Positions 10,073 through 20,318 of a stretch of DNA of 64,000 nt are shown here, piece by piece; position 1 is the first letter of the stretch, and each line of letters begins with the position of its first letter. Both the position numbers and the translations under genes were made by a program. Origin of the DNA: a virus; the IMG/VR virus record IMGVR_UViG_3300021963_007958, one strand, 5' to 3'. Under the pieces are notes generated by a model. That model was not told the DNA's origin. It saw nothing but the letters and a program-made list of their open reading frames with translations, and made no database searches.

Positions 10073-10625
10073 AGTCTGTCGATACCCCTTGAATGTCAGT
10101 TCCTAAAACATATTTAAATAGCTTTAAGAAAAGACCCGGGATGAAAATATCTTTTGCTTTCACGACATCGTTGGCAGCAATAAATTTAAATTCTGCAGAC
10201 TGCTCCATTTCGGACCCGTCTGTTTTTGGTTCTTCCTTTTTTACCCCGGTCACATCAACTGCGAAACAGGGCTGCTCGTGATCTACAAACTTTGAAGATG
10301 TAACAGATCCGAGATAGTACCATTTACTAATATCAGGAACGTTTAGGCCGGTTTCTTCATACAGTTCTCTCTGAGCTGTTGAAAGAAGGTCCCCGTCCTC
10401 ATCATCAGTTGTTCCGGTAACCAGGCTTATGTTTATCCCTCCCTCTCTAAATGGATTAGGTTCTTTAAGGACCCCAACTGCTAAAGGAAGCCCTTGGTCG
10501 TCTGAAATGAATGGCATTACAACCACGTTGGTAAAAAGGGCTTTAATCCCAACTAGATCCCCATATTCAACTAGTTGAAAGTGGCTGGTCTCATGTAAAG
10601 TTTTAGTCTTCGGAAAGTTCATCAT
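10047..10625 (-). CDS. Nudix hydrolase
   Basis: Nudix box GTTDDEDGDLLSTAQRELYEETGL. Confidence 0.85.
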   Translation of the reverse strand: MMNFPKTKTLHETSHFQLVEYGDLVGIKALFTNVVVMPFISDDQGLPLAVGVLKEPNPFREGGINISLVTGTTDDEDGDLLSTAQRELYEETGLNVPDISKWYYLGSVTSSKFVDHEQPCFAVDVTGVKKEEPKTDGSEMEQSAEFKFIAANDVVKAKDIFIPGLFLKLFKYVLGTDIQGVSTDFDFGSTKG

Positions 10626-11292
10626 CTATAGTCTGGATTTGTTTTTTAGGCTGAGAGGTAGAGGAGCTCTTTTTAGACTCATAAAAAGAGGTTCTAATCG
10701 ACTCTGCAATAGCCTCTTTAATGTCTTCTATATCAACTCCCTCTGTAACGTAGCTAGCAATCTCCGCTTCTGCATCTTCAAAAGAGGAGACCAAAACATT
10801 ATATAATGATTTGGTAGGGAGATTTAATTTCAAGCTAATATTCACGTTCACCCAGTTAGGTTTTTGTTTTTTGAGTAGCTTATATATCGGAGATTCTTCT
10901 ACCCCAACTTGGACAGTTTTTCCATAGTCAACCGAGTTAACAGATCCTTTTTTAGTAGAAGATGAAGATTGAGAGGGAACGGGAGAATTAGACTTTGGAA
11001 TATTTAATTCCTCGAACTGAACAGGGGTGGAAGGAAAAATATCCATAAATTCTCTTAAAATTTCAAGATTGATTCTTCCTCCACCTTGAAAATTTAGAAA
11101 CTTCATCCCGTTATTTTCTTCTACTCCTGAGTATTTTTCGATCATTCCGGCCTGTTCGCCCTTGATCCATTGGAAATCTGAATTTCTTAATTCGACATCG
11201 ATTTCTTCCAGAGATTTTTCTGCAAAGCTCATTTTATTCTTCTTTTTAAATATTCCACTTATTTTTGATAGCAAGCCCATTTTGGATTCCAA
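10603..11292 (-). CDS. hypothetical protein
   Basis: 229 aa ORF with a GAAACA-N16-TATAAT motif upstream. Confidence 0.6.
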   Translation of the reverse strand: MESKMGLLSKISGIFKKKNKMSFAEKSLEEIDVELRNSDFQWIKGEQAGMIEKYSGVEENNGMKFLNFQGGGRINLEILREFMDIFPSTPVQFEELNIPKSNSPVPSQSSSSTKKGSVNSVDYGKTVQVGVEESPIYKLLKKQKPNWVNVNISLKLNLPTKSLYNVLVSSFEDAEAEIASYVTEGVDIEDIKEAIAESIRTSFYESKKSSSTSQPKKQIQTIDDELSED

Positions 11293-11378
11293 TATTATAC
11301 TCGTTTTGCATATAATGTTTCTTTTTCAGGAACCAGAACATGTAGGTACTGACTTAAAATTATACAGCAAAAGTAAAA

Positions 11379-12365
11379 TTAGTTTCCCTTGGGTTTAGGA
11401 ACTATTGAGTATCTCTCTCTAGCCTTAGCATAAAGCTCGTCCAGATTTTCTTCCGTTAGAGTATTAGAAAGAATTTTCTTCAGTTGATCTATTTCTTTCC
11501 CTTTATCGGTAAAAGAATCCATCTGTTTAGAAGATTCTGGCTTCCAGTCGTGGGACTTAAGGATTGAGTTTAGATAGTTTATAACAGGCTCTTGATACAA
11601 GCTAGGATCTTTCTTTAAGCTAGCATTGAAAAGATATTGGTGAACTGGGTCTTTGGCCAGGTCTGTTAATTTTCCAGTTTTCCTGATAAATTTTCCCTTT
11701 GGAGTATTAAAGATGGTTTCAAACCCAGGCTTATCTCTATAGACCTCTATATCGGGAGAATATGAATCTGAATTGAGATAAATTTTTAGAATATTCAAAA
11801 AATCCTCTGCATCTTTCTTCTTCAGTTCAATTTCAGTTCCGTCCTCTAATTTTGCAATCCAGTGAAGATTTTTCTTCTTTGTGATCCCACCTATAGGAGA
11901 ATCCATTCCTAGAATTTCCAGAACTGTATTGATGTCTCCTGAAGCATCATCTTCGGGGGTTTGAAAATGTTTAGACTCGATGAAAGAATTTATAAATTCG
12001 TCCAGGTTTAATTGATTTTCTTCATTATCCCAAAATCTAACGCCGGGCTTTGTTTCTATGATTGGATTTTTAGAATCTCCAGAAACAACAAAAGCATCTT
12101 TTGGAAAATAGATCGGATCAGATTCCTGATTGTCCCCATAAATATATTTCAAGCACAAATTTGGTAGATCTGAAGACACGTCAGAGGCAAAAATAGAGTT
12201 AGCATCTGGATCTCCCCCCATTTCAGGACAGCAGGATTTCATCTTGTATCCCCATTTCTCAAAAGGACCTAATATTCCAAAATTTTTCTTATATGAATTT
12301 CCTTCATTTAGAGAATAAGAAAAATCCGAAAAGTTAGAAATCAAATTGTTCTTCATATTATTCAT
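11379..12365 (-). CDS. hypothetical protein with capsid-targeting-like leader
   Basis: N-terminus MKNNLISNFSDFSYSLNE. Confidence 0.6.
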   Translation of the reverse strand: MNNMKNNLISNFSDFSYSLNEGNSYKKNFGILGPFEKWGYKMKSCCPEMGGDPDANSIFASDVSSDLPNLCLKYIYGDNQESDPIYFPKDAFVVSGDSKNPIIETKPGVRFWDNEENQLNLDEFINSFIESKHFQTPEDDASGDINTVLEILGMDSPIGGITKKKNLHWIAKLEDGTEIELKKKDAEDFLNILKIYLNSDSYSPDIEVYRDKPGFETIFNTPKGKFIRKTGKLTDLAKDPVHQYLFNASLKKDPSLYQEPVINYLNSILKSHDWKPESSKQMDSFTDKGKEIDQLKKILSNTLTEENLDELYAKARERYSIVPKPKGN

Positions 12366-12798
12366 CTCTTCCGAACTCTACAATGACTTTAAAATCTTTC
12401 ACCTCCATGGATTTTCTCATGTCGATGATTATTTGTCTGGGATAAGTTGGTACTACAAAAGAAAGAATATCAGGAATTACGAGGCCTGGATCTATATTAA
12501 TCCCTGGCTGAATCTCAAACTCGAAGGTTTTTTTGTCATTTGGATAATCATCAACAGAAAGTTCAAGTTCAATCCTATGAATTCTAAAATCTATTCCGTC
12601 TATCCCTCTCTTGTTTCTCATAACAATAGCTTCATATTCAACCTCACATTTGGCATCATCTACATCCTGAATTTGTGGGGGATTTCCCTTCACGATAATA
12701 TCGGTATACTTTAAATCCGAGATAAAGTAGTGATCGTTAGAAAAGTTTTTGTCTTTTCCTGCAATGTAGCTATTATAGTCTTCAACTCTATTAATCAT
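12358..12798 (-). CDS. hypothetical protein
   Basis: 146 aa ORF preceded by GATATATA at 12822-12829. Confidence 0.6.
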   Translation of the reverse strand: MINRVEDYNSYIAGKDKNFSNDHYFISDLKYTDIIVKGNPPQIQDVDDAKCEVEYEAIVMRNKRGIDGIDFRIHRIELELSVDDYPNDKKTFEFEIQPGINIDPGLVIPDILSFVVPTYPRQIIIDMRKSMEVKDFKVIVEFGRDE

Positions 12799-12919
12799 CT
12801 TAAATGTTTAACAATTTTATGTATATATCCTTTTCTAATACACAATATGAAGGAAGAGATTTGAGATTAAAATTACAGGGAAGAATATATAAGTCATCCA
12901 ATAAAACTAAATTAAGACT

Positions 12920-13636
12920 ATGAAAAACCTCAGTCCTGTTTGGTTTCTTAAGTCTCCTATAGACACAGAACAAAAACACTACATTTTACTGGCATTCCTC
13001 CAAGAGGTCAATAAGGAGATCAGGAGCAATAACATCTATTCTCCAATCAAGAGGATATTTTCTCTGATTAAAGAACTTGATTATTTTCTCAAAAGTGATA
13101 GTTTAGACGGATTTAAAAAACTCCCCCTTACAGAAGACGACAGATCTATTATCGACTTCTACTCCAAAAATCCAATCTCTAAGGAAGATAGGGAGGAATT
13201 AGATTCTATTGCAAAATCTGCTCTAGTAATTTTATACAAATACGCAGACATGGGGATAAATCTATGGAAAGATTTAGAGAGTAGAATTAAAATGTATAGC
13301 TTAGAGATACAAGACCCTGAAAAGGATCACGGAATTACAATCTTTAGAAATATGTCAACGGATGAGGTTTTTCCCTACTGGTGGAAAAGAACAGAAATGA
13401 AATTAGGAGATCAAATTAAGAAGGGTATAATGCTAAAAAAAATACACATTCCTAACAGCTACTTCTCTATGTCTTATGAGTTTATCGTTCACGAGACTAT
13501 GGTTTCTATGGGATTGAGAAACGGAGGGAAAATCCCCTGTACAATCATAGAAATCTCCGAGGACTTCAATCAGAACTCGGAGATCTTCAAAATTGCTAAG
13601 GAAAAATTTATTCAAGAAATAGACCAGGAGAATTAA
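12920..13636 (+). CDS. hypothetical protein (only plus-strand gene)
   Basis: 238 aa ORF with A-rich leader and AATATATA upstream; convergent stop overlap with the 13633 gene. Confidence 0.7.
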   Translation: MKNLSPVWFLKSPIDTEQKHYILLAFLQEVNKEIRSNNIYSPIKRIFSLIKELDYFLKSDSLDGFKKLPLTEDDRSIIDFYSKNPISKEDREELDSIAKSALVILYKYADMGINLWKDLESRIKMYSLEIQDPEKDHGITIFRNMSTDEVFPYWWKRTEMKLGDQIKKGIMLKKIHIPNSYFSMSYEFIVHETMVSMGLRNGGKIPCTIIEISEDFNQNSEIFKIAKEKFIQEIDQEN

Positions 13637-13998
13637 AAATCCTCTAGTCTCAAGATCTCAAATCCTTCAGAGTCGTGATTCTCAGACTCGCTAGTGTCCA
13701 TGTTAAATACCGTGTTCGGATCCCCAGGATTAAGACCAACCATGTTGGTGTAATCTCTGTTTCCCTTATCATTATATCCAGGGAAGATGATACCAGCTTC
13801 GTCCGGACTCCAGATTGCATTTGCATATCCAACCCAGTCATAAGCAGGCTCTCTTTTAATCGTGTGTAGACCTGTCTTATCTCCACTTAAAGGATCTTGA
13901 ACATCCGGTGCTAAATAGTTGAATGTATCGTCCATTACTCTAGATCTAAATTGCTTAAAATCTAGAATTTCTCTTTTTGAAACGTCTTCTAAGTTCAT
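13633..13998 (-). CDS. hypothetical protein
   Basis: 121 aa ORF with ILDFKQF at the N-terminus and ILRLEDF at the C-terminus. Confidence 0.6.
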   Translation of the reverse strand: MNLEDVSKREILDFKQFRSRVMDDTFNYLAPDVQDPLSGDKTGLHTIKREPAYDWVGYANAIWSPDEAGIIFPGYNDKGNRDYTNMVGLNPGDPNTVFNMDTSESENHDSEGFEILRLEDF

Positions 13999-14009
13999 AG
14001 TTTTATTAT

Positions 14010-14687
14010 TTATTGTCCACCAACGGTTCCGAATGCTCCGCTTGGATTAGTTGATCCCCCCATCACTCCTTTTAAGATAGATGTTACATCCATACCGGAT
14101 TTTTCTGCTGCTTGTTTAACTGCAGGATCAGTAGAAATTTTCTTCTCTTCTGCTGAGGTCAATTCGAATGGATTTTTTCCGGATTTTACCTGTGCGAAAG
14201 GAGATTTGTCTTCTCCTCCTGCAATAGAGCTCAAAATCATAGTCCAGAAATTAAGAATATTCTCTCTGAACGTTGCCTGTTTAGCAGAATTTGAAATCAT
14301 CTCTTTAATTGTTCTGTAGATCCACCCATTTTTATCTTCAATTTTAAATCTGGTTGCTAGTCCATCTACTCCAAGTTCGGTAATAGTTTCCATCGTAACA
14401 TCAGTTAGCTTAGGGGCAAGAGTTTTAACAGAAATTCCGCCTTCACCTTTTATGATAAAATCATAAAGCTCAGAAACATCCACGGTTTCTGCAAAGTTTC
14501 TAATTATGGTACCAAATAAAGATTCGGGTTTAACTCCAAAGAAGCCAAGAAGATAATCCGACACCTTACCTTTTATAACATCTCCGACAGCAGTTGCTCC
14601 GCTTCCAAGAAGATTTGTAATAAAATCCATCGGTCCGTCTTCGTTAACTTTCTGAAACTCAGAAAAATTCTTAATCATTTTACTCAT
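14010..14687 (-). CDS. putative internal virion protein
   Basis: Leader MSKMIKNFSEFQKVNE; GATATATA at 14713-14720. Confidence 0.55.
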   Translation of the reverse strand: MSKMIKNFSEFQKVNEDGPMDFITNLLGSGATAVGDVIKGKVSDYLLGFFGVKPESLFGTIIRNFAETVDVSELYDFIIKGEGGISVKTLAPKLTDVTMETITELGVDGLATRFKIEDKNGWIYRTIKEMISNSAKQATFRENILNFWTMILSSIAGGEDKSPFAQVKSGKNPFELTSAEEKKISTDPAVKQAAEKSGMDVTSILKGVMGGSTNPSGAFGTVGGQ

Positions 14688-14737
14688 GTAGAAAAAATAT
14701 ATTATTTTGATCTATATATCTTTTCTCTTCAAAAGAT

Positions 14738-16138
14738 TTATATCTTTCCTAGGAACAGGTCGATTGATTTATATCGATAAGCAAGTTTATCCTCTTTAAT
14801 ACCTGGATTTTTTAGAGGTGCTTTTTTTCTATTGACTATCTCTTCAGGAAGGAGAGGGCCAAAAGTATCCTTCAAAATCTTTTTATCTTTTCTCCATTCT
14901 AAAGGAAGATGTAAAGCAAAATTAACTATCTCTAAATTCAAGAACGGATTTCTGAGTTCTAAAGTATGAGCCATCGACATTTTATCAAGTCTTGGCAGAT
15001 GATAGAAAGATAGCTCATCAAATATGTCAGATCCCTGTGAGTCATACTCGTGGATTCTCTTATATCCTCCAAATAGCTCATCCGCTCCATCCCCGCTTAA
15101 AACAATCCTATGATTACTATTTTCTCGGATAGCTTTGAATAGATGATATTGGGGAATGACAGAACCTAGATCGATTGGAGTTTCGTTCCAAATTTGATAG
15201 ATTTCTTGATTTAAATTTTCATTCATCTCATACTGAAGGAAATTTACTTTCTTGTTAAACTTCTCAGATAGGGTCTTTACAAATTCAGATTCTCCATTTT
15301 CTATGCTATACCAAGTGACATCAGATTCTGTAGATTCTAGAATGGCTGCAATAATGGATGAATCAAGTCCCCCGGAAATAAGAAGAGAAATTGGGTAGTT
15401 TTTAGAGATAAGCCTGTTCTTGACAGACTCAAACATTTTAGCCCATAGCCACTCCATGTGTTCCTCGTAGGATTTTCCAATCAATTGTGGGATTGGATGA
15501 TTCCAAAGCTTGTAATAGTCGGGGTAGGTCGTCTTAAATTCCGAACTATTCAGATTGTAGTAATAGATTGTATTAGGGAGGAATCTCTTAACATCGGTAT
15601 AAGGAGTTCTGTTATTAACATTATATCCCCATTTTTTAACCTCTGAGATGAAAGTGTGATCTATTGGACTTTGATTGTATGCAAGTCCTTTGATTTCAGA
15701 ACAAATTTCACCCCTCTCGTTATAGTAAAGGGGTTTCTTTCCTAGAGGATCTGTGAATGCAATCACATCCTGTGTTTTGGAATCATAAAGGGTAATTGCC
15801 CAGAATCCATCCCAGGTCTGAATGTGAGGGATAAACATTGCACAGAACATCTCAAAAGATCCTCCACGATAAACACTAAATAGATTGCAGAGATAATCGG
15901 TATCCGAAGAGTAGAACGATCTGTCGTAGTTGAAGATCTCCCCGTTAAACATCAGAAACATTCCAGGAGCAATTTCCTTAGGTTGATTCCAATCATCTCC
16001 ATCTGCTGTCTGAATAGGGAGTCTGTGGTGACATAAGAACACGCCATTCTTCTCGACCACTGTTTTCTCTATCCCTCTATGTTTGATCGCGTCTAGGCTT
16101 GCCTCAGATCCGTCTAACGTTAATAAAATTCCACACAT
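14738..16138 (-). CDS. asnB: asparagine synthetase B-like glutamine amidotransferase
   Basis: Ntn start MCGI, NGEIFN, LGKKPLYY, PP-loop SGGLDSS, SGDGADELFGGY, RLDKMSMAHTLELRNPFL. Confidence 0.85.
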   Translation of the reverse strand: MCGILLTLDGSEASLDAIKHRGIEKTVVEKNGVFLCHHRLPIQTADGDDWNQPKEIAPGMFLMFNGEIFNYDRSFYSSDTDYLCNLFSVYRGGSFEMFCAMFIPHIQTWDGFWAITLYDSKTQDVIAFTDPLGKKPLYYNERGEICSEIKGLAYNQSPIDHTFISEVKKWGYNVNNRTPYTDVKRFLPNTIYYYNLNSSEFKTTYPDYYKLWNHPIPQLIGKSYEEHMEWLWAKMFESVKNRLISKNYPISLLISGGLDSSIIAAILESTESDVTWYSIENGESEFVKTLSEKFNKKVNFLQYEMNENLNQEIYQIWNETPIDLGSVIPQYHLFKAIRENSNHRIVLSGDGADELFGGYKRIHEYDSQGSDIFDELSFYHLPRLDKMSMAHTLELRNPFLNLEIVNFALHLPLEWRKDKKILKDTFGPLLPEEIVNRKKAPLKNPGIKEDKLAYRYKSIDLFLGKI

Positions 16139-16141
16139 ATA

Positions 16142-16684
16142 TTATAGTTCTGTAATTATAGAAGTCTCGTCAAATTTGTTTTCAAAAGAGTAAATAGAAA
16201 AGTCGTCAAAGGAAGGATATTGATCTAAAATGTGTTGGATAAACTTTTTGTATAGGGTCTTTTCATCAGATGTATTGTCTCTGAAGTCCCAGTTGTCTTT
16301 ATTTCTATTGGATTTGTCAGGATTATCCCCATGAATGTAAAACACTTTGCAGTTTTTAAGTAGCCCGGAGGAGATGATCTTGTCGAGTTGTTCGATTGCT
16401 TCATCAAAATGGATTCTCTTAGAAAGAACTCCCCAGACCAAAACAGTTAAGAATCCTCGATCTAGAATAATAGGGTTAAGAATACCATCTCGATTTGCCT
16501 GTAGAAGTTGAAGTTCTTTTCCAAGGGCAAATAGATGGGATTCTCTGGAAGAATCTTCAAGACCGAGTTCATTAAACCATTTAACAAACTCGAATTTATA
16601 AAGTGAAATGTTGTTGTGTTCAGAAGCTTTCTGTGCAAGATATGTTTTGCCAGAGTTTCGAGCACCTTCAAATATTACGAGCAT
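16142..16684 (-). CDS. P-loop nucleoside monophosphate kinase (thymidylate-kinase-like)
   Basis: IFEGARNSGKT Walker A and ILDRG motif. Confidence 0.75.
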   Translation of the reverse strand: MLVIFEGARNSGKTYLAQKASEHNNISLYKFEFVKWFNELGLEDSSRESHLFALGKELQLLQANRDGILNPIILDRGFLTVLVWGVLSKRIHFDEAIEQLDKIISSGLLKNCKVFYIHGDNPDKSNRNKDNWDFRDNTSDEKTLYKKFIQHILDQYPSFDDFSIYSFENKFDETSIITEL

Positions 16685-16738
16685 ATAAGTTATAGAGGAA
16701 TTTTGTTATCTTGTTCCTCTATAAAAGATACGATCTAA

Positions 16739-19165
16739 TTAGTCAGCTGAGGGAAAATAGATTCCTTTAGATTCTCCTCTCGAAAGATCATCAGAAGTCT
16801 TAGCATTCATTCTCGAGACGTGTTTCTTGACGGAAGGCAAATGAACAGACTTAGCTCTTCTTAGATTTTCTTCGAAGACTTTTTTGTTTTTGCTTTCCCC
16901 AGATCCTTTGTCCTGTTTAGTAGCTTTTTTAATTCCATCTTTTTTATCCAGAATTGCAACTAAATCTCCGCTAGTTTCAGAAGATCCAATAGACTCTTCA
17001 GACTCCAACTTATTCAACTCTCCGTTGGTCAAAACTTCATCGAGAATAATATCAAGGACAGGAACGAATTTTTCTTCCTCTTTGTCGTAAGTGAACATAG
17101 TTGCAATAAAAGCAACTAGATTTGCAAGAAGCCCAAAGTCAGACTCGCTAAGATCCTGAATTTTTTCTTCCAGTTGTGCACCTCTAACAAAAGCAGATTT
17201 AACAGCTTCTAGGCCTTCAGACGAAAGGTAGTGGTTTTTATACCCCTTAGTTCCGAAGTGAGAATAAAGTTTATCGTAGGTTTTGCTATTCTCATCTTCT
17301 TCGTCTCTATTGTGGGAGAAAATCGTCTTAGCAAGAGAAGCTAGCTCGTCCGTGTCTATTCCACCAAAGTTAGAGTAATAGCTAGAATACCATTCCGCAA
17401 AGTCTTTTACATCATCCTCATCTACGTCTCCTACAACTTCTTTCCATTTTGGCCAGTTGCAAGGTCTCTTAGCATTAGTCATCAATCTCTTAGCAGCATA
17501 CAGCCCATCAATCTTACTTCCTTTATAGTCGACCCAGAAATAAAGAGGAAGGTTCCCCTCTTTAGCGTCTTCTGCAGTTTTGGTCCATGCGATCATAAAC
17601 TCTGGGGAATAAGAAGCTCTAAGCGTTCCATCCTCTCTTAAGAATGTCTCTTCTTCTGCTCCCTTTACGAACCCTTTGCCTCTTAAAAGTTTAGCAAGTT
17701 CATAAGCTTGATCTGTGTTGTCCGACCTGTCTCCCCTTCCAAGGGCAGATCTCCCACCTTTAGAATTTTCAGGTTCAGAAAGATCTTTAGCATATTTCTC
17801 CAGTTCAGTCTCCAGCTTATCCGCATCGATGTGAATAGAAGCCTCGTTAACAGATCCGAAGAACTCAAAAGAACTAAAAACATTAGATTCATTCAGTTTT
17901 CCACCAGTGTACAAATAACTCTCGTTAACATACTCTTTTCTTAAAATATCTAAACTATCAGCAATTGCTTCCTTATCTGCTTTGTTGATCTTATCTGCAT
18001 CTAGAATGGTATCAAGAAGTGCCCTGTCAATCTCTCCACTAACGTTCTTGTTTCCGAGAACCCCCTGAAGGGACTTAACCGCCACAGAAAATGCAGAAGT
18101 GTATTTACCATCTGCTCCTCCTCTTTTTGCAAGTAGATCCTTAATAGGAGGGAAAGCATTCATTAGAGCCTTTTGGGTATTTGCAATAATTAGAGATCCC
18201 TTAAACTTCTTATCAGAATCGTTGTCTCCAACTTTAAGAGGGAAAACTAAGGAAGCAACTTTGTGATCATAACCTTCGGTTTTTTCTCTCATCACATCCT
18301 CAACGTTAGACTCTTCAACAGTTGCTCTAGTTAGAACATCCATTGCAGAAGAAACTAAATCTTTAACGTCTTCGAACTTGCCGGAAATTTCATCGTCAGA
18401 AAGAATCTTTTTGAAAGGAGCTTCTGCTGCTCTCATGCAGTACGTGTAAAACTCTTTAGCAAGTTTATCGGTCTGGGATTCAAGATCCTTCAAAGACTTC
18501 TTCTCTTTATCATTTGAAATCTCTTTCTTATGATTAATAGCAGAAAGTTTCTGGTCTAGCTCAGTAAAGATTCTATACCAGTTTCTTCCATATCCATTAT
18601 CTGAAGTTTTCCCTGCAGATTCAGGAATAAGAACCATTCTAAGTTTATGTTTAAGAGCTTCAACTCTTCCTTTTAGTCCAAGGCCAAAAGACTCATTTAG
18701 TTCTTCCTCTTCTTCCTTCTTTCTCTTATAAGCACTCTCAAGTGAAGCAGCATATTTAGAGGTTCTCCCTTGGAAATATTTGATAACTTTATCTTCTAAT
18801 TTAGGGTCAATCTCAATAGCTCTCTTGATAGCATCAGCAAGCTGTTCCATCGAGTCAATATATAAAGACTTGACGTCGGCAAGGGCAGAATTTTCAATGT
18901 CGGTTTCTTTAGCATAGTCTTTCATCTTTGCAAGTAGAGTCTTGAAAGAGGAAGAATTTGCGGTGTCCTTTAATTTTTCTTTAATTGTGGACATCTTTCT
19001 CTGTTTTGCTGGTGCAAAATCAACGACTACCTTTTTAAATACATCAAAGAAAGAAGTTGACAATTTTTGAATTAGTTCATCAACAGACTCATTCTCAAAT
19101 ATTTTGAATGTCTCGATGGACATCATTTTTGCAATAGGGTTGATATTTAGATATTTTTGTGACAT
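16739..19165 (-). CDS. large putative internal virion protein with peptidoglycan-binding-like segment
   Basis: FPLKVGD...TQKAL...ADGKY...AVKSLQ...SGEID resembles PG_binding_1; several LNE/VNE motifs. Confidence 0.55.
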   Translation of the reverse strand: MSQKYLNINPIAKMMSIETFKIFENESVDELIQKLSTSFFDVFKKVVVDFAPAKQRKMSTIKEKLKDTANSSSFKTLLAKMKDYAKETDIENSALADVKSLYIDSMEQLADAIKRAIEIDPKLEDKVIKYFQGRTSKYAASLESAYKRKKEEEEELNESFGLGLKGRVEALKHKLRMVLIPESAGKTSDNGYGRNWYRIFTELDQKLSAINHKKEISNDKEKKSLKDLESQTDKLAKEFYTYCMRAAEAPFKKILSDDEISGKFEDVKDLVSSAMDVLTRATVEESNVEDVMREKTEGYDHKVASLVFPLKVGDNDSDKKFKGSLIIANTQKALMNAFPPIKDLLAKRGGADGKYTSAFSVAVKSLQGVLGNKNVSGEIDRALLDTILDADKINKADKEAIADSLDILRKEYVNESYLYTGGKLNESNVFSSFEFFGSVNEASIHIDADKLETELEKYAKDLSEPENSKGGRSALGRGDRSDNTDQAYELAKLLRGKGFVKGAEEETFLREDGTLRASYSPEFMIAWTKTAEDAKEGNLPLYFWVDYKGSKIDGLYAAKRLMTNAKRPCNWPKWKEVVGDVDEDDVKDFAEWYSSYYSNFGGIDTDELASLAKTIFSHNRDEEDENSKTYDKLYSHFGTKGYKNHYLSSEGLEAVKSAFVRGAQLEEKIQDLSESDFGLLANLVAFIATMFTYDKEEEKFVPVLDIILDEVLTNGELNKLESEESIGSSETSGDLVAILDKKDGIKKATKQDKGSGESKNKKVFEENLRRAKSVHLPSVKKHVSRMNAKTSDDLSRGESKGIYFPSAD

Positions 19166-19173
19166 AGTTATTC

Positions 19174-19461
19174 TTATCCTTTTAGTTCAGATATTTTTTT
19201 ATCTATCTGGGGTTTTAGAGCATTTAAAAGAGGGATCATTTTACCGTAGATCTGAGCTTGTTCTCCAATATACGCAGACTCAGCTAGAAGCTCTTTTGCT
19301 TCATCTCCTGCTGCAGATTTTTTTGAATCTAGCATTTTTATTTTTGCTGCTTTCAGCTGATCTTCTATTTTAGAAATCTCCAGCTTTGTATTACTAATTT
19401 CTGTATTAATACTATCAGCTTCAAATAAGAAGTCCTCGTATTTTTTTATTGTATTAAGCAT
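19174..19461 (-). CDS. small coiled-coil putative internal head protein
   Basis: Leader MLNTIKKYEDFLFE. Confidence 0.55.
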   Translation of the reverse strand: MLNTIKKYEDFLFEADSINTEISNTKLEISKIEDQLKAAKIKMLDSKKSAAGDEAKELLAESAYIGEQAQIYGKMIPLLNALKPQIDKKISELKG

Positions 19462-20317
19462 TTAAGTGGCTAATTTTTTCTCTTATTTTATCGATGAACT
19501 CACCAACTTCATAAATTCTTGAATTATATTTATTCAACGTAAGAGTTTTATCTTCTTTAGATTTAGCTTTATCTAAATCTCTACCCTTAGATCTTCTAAG
19601 AGTTCTAAGTTCATTTAAAGCAAGGTTCTTTCTGTCGATTAAAGATTTTTTAAGGGACTTTAACTGAGATGGACTGTAGTTTTTAATTTCAGATCTAAAA
19701 GAAGGTATACTCATTTTAATGAGAGAAGATAAACTTAGACCTTCTACAGAATCTTCCCCTTTCTTATCTTCTTTTTCAACATCTTTAGAGATAGAATCAA
19801 ATCCTTTCTCCTTTCTCTTCATATCCTCATAAGACTTTTTATAGTCCCCGTAAAGTTTATCCTCTAAATTTTTATCCGGAAACTTCTTAGAAATCTCATA
19901 AAGATTCTTCATTACTTCAACTTCAGCTTCGGATTTTTTTAATTCCCAGTATTTGTTAACCCTGGAATTTTTATCCACAATCTTTGTTGCCTGTTCGTTA
20001 TAAGATCTAATCTGTTGAATTTTTTTCCTATAGGCGTCAGCAACTCTTTCTTTGGCTTCCTTAACCTTTTTCCTAAAGTCCTTCTCTTCTTCAGGGGAAA
20101 GTTCACCCGTGTCAACCTGTCCTTTAAGATCATAGATTAAAGACTGGTCTTTCTCCCACTGGGTAGCATATTCTTTCTCCAAATAGGTTAGATCTGCTAA
20201 AATAGAATCTATCTTCTGGATTTTACCACCAAAAGTTCTGCTCAGCCAATTAACGATTCCTTCCTCAGATTCGTCGATAGAGTAATATTGTTTATCCCAC
20301 TCGGAAAAATTTAACAT
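19454..20317 (-). CDS. coiled-coil putative internal head protein (paralog of 20319..21422)
   Basis: EGIVNWLSRTFGG and KYWELKKSEAE match the neighbouring gene. Confidence 0.6.
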   Translation of the reverse strand: MLNFSEWDKQYYSIDESEEGIVNWLSRTFGGKIQKIDSILADLTYLEKEYATQWEKDQSLIYDLKGQVDTGELSPEEEKDFRKKVKEAKERVADAYRKKIQQIRSYNEQATKIVDKNSRVNKYWELKKSEAEVEVMKNLYEISKKFPDKNLEDKLYGDYKKSYEDMKRKEKGFDSISKDVEKEDKKGEDSVEGLSLSSLIKMSIPSFRSEIKNYSPSQLKSLKKSLIDRKNLALNELRTLRRSKGRDLDKAKSKEDKTLTLNKYNSRIYEVGEFIDKIREKISHLNA

Positions 20318-20318
20318 C

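Noticed and set aside
10881-10888. GATATATA inside a coding region
   Set aside because: It is far from any start codon and plausible by chance in AT-rich DNA.
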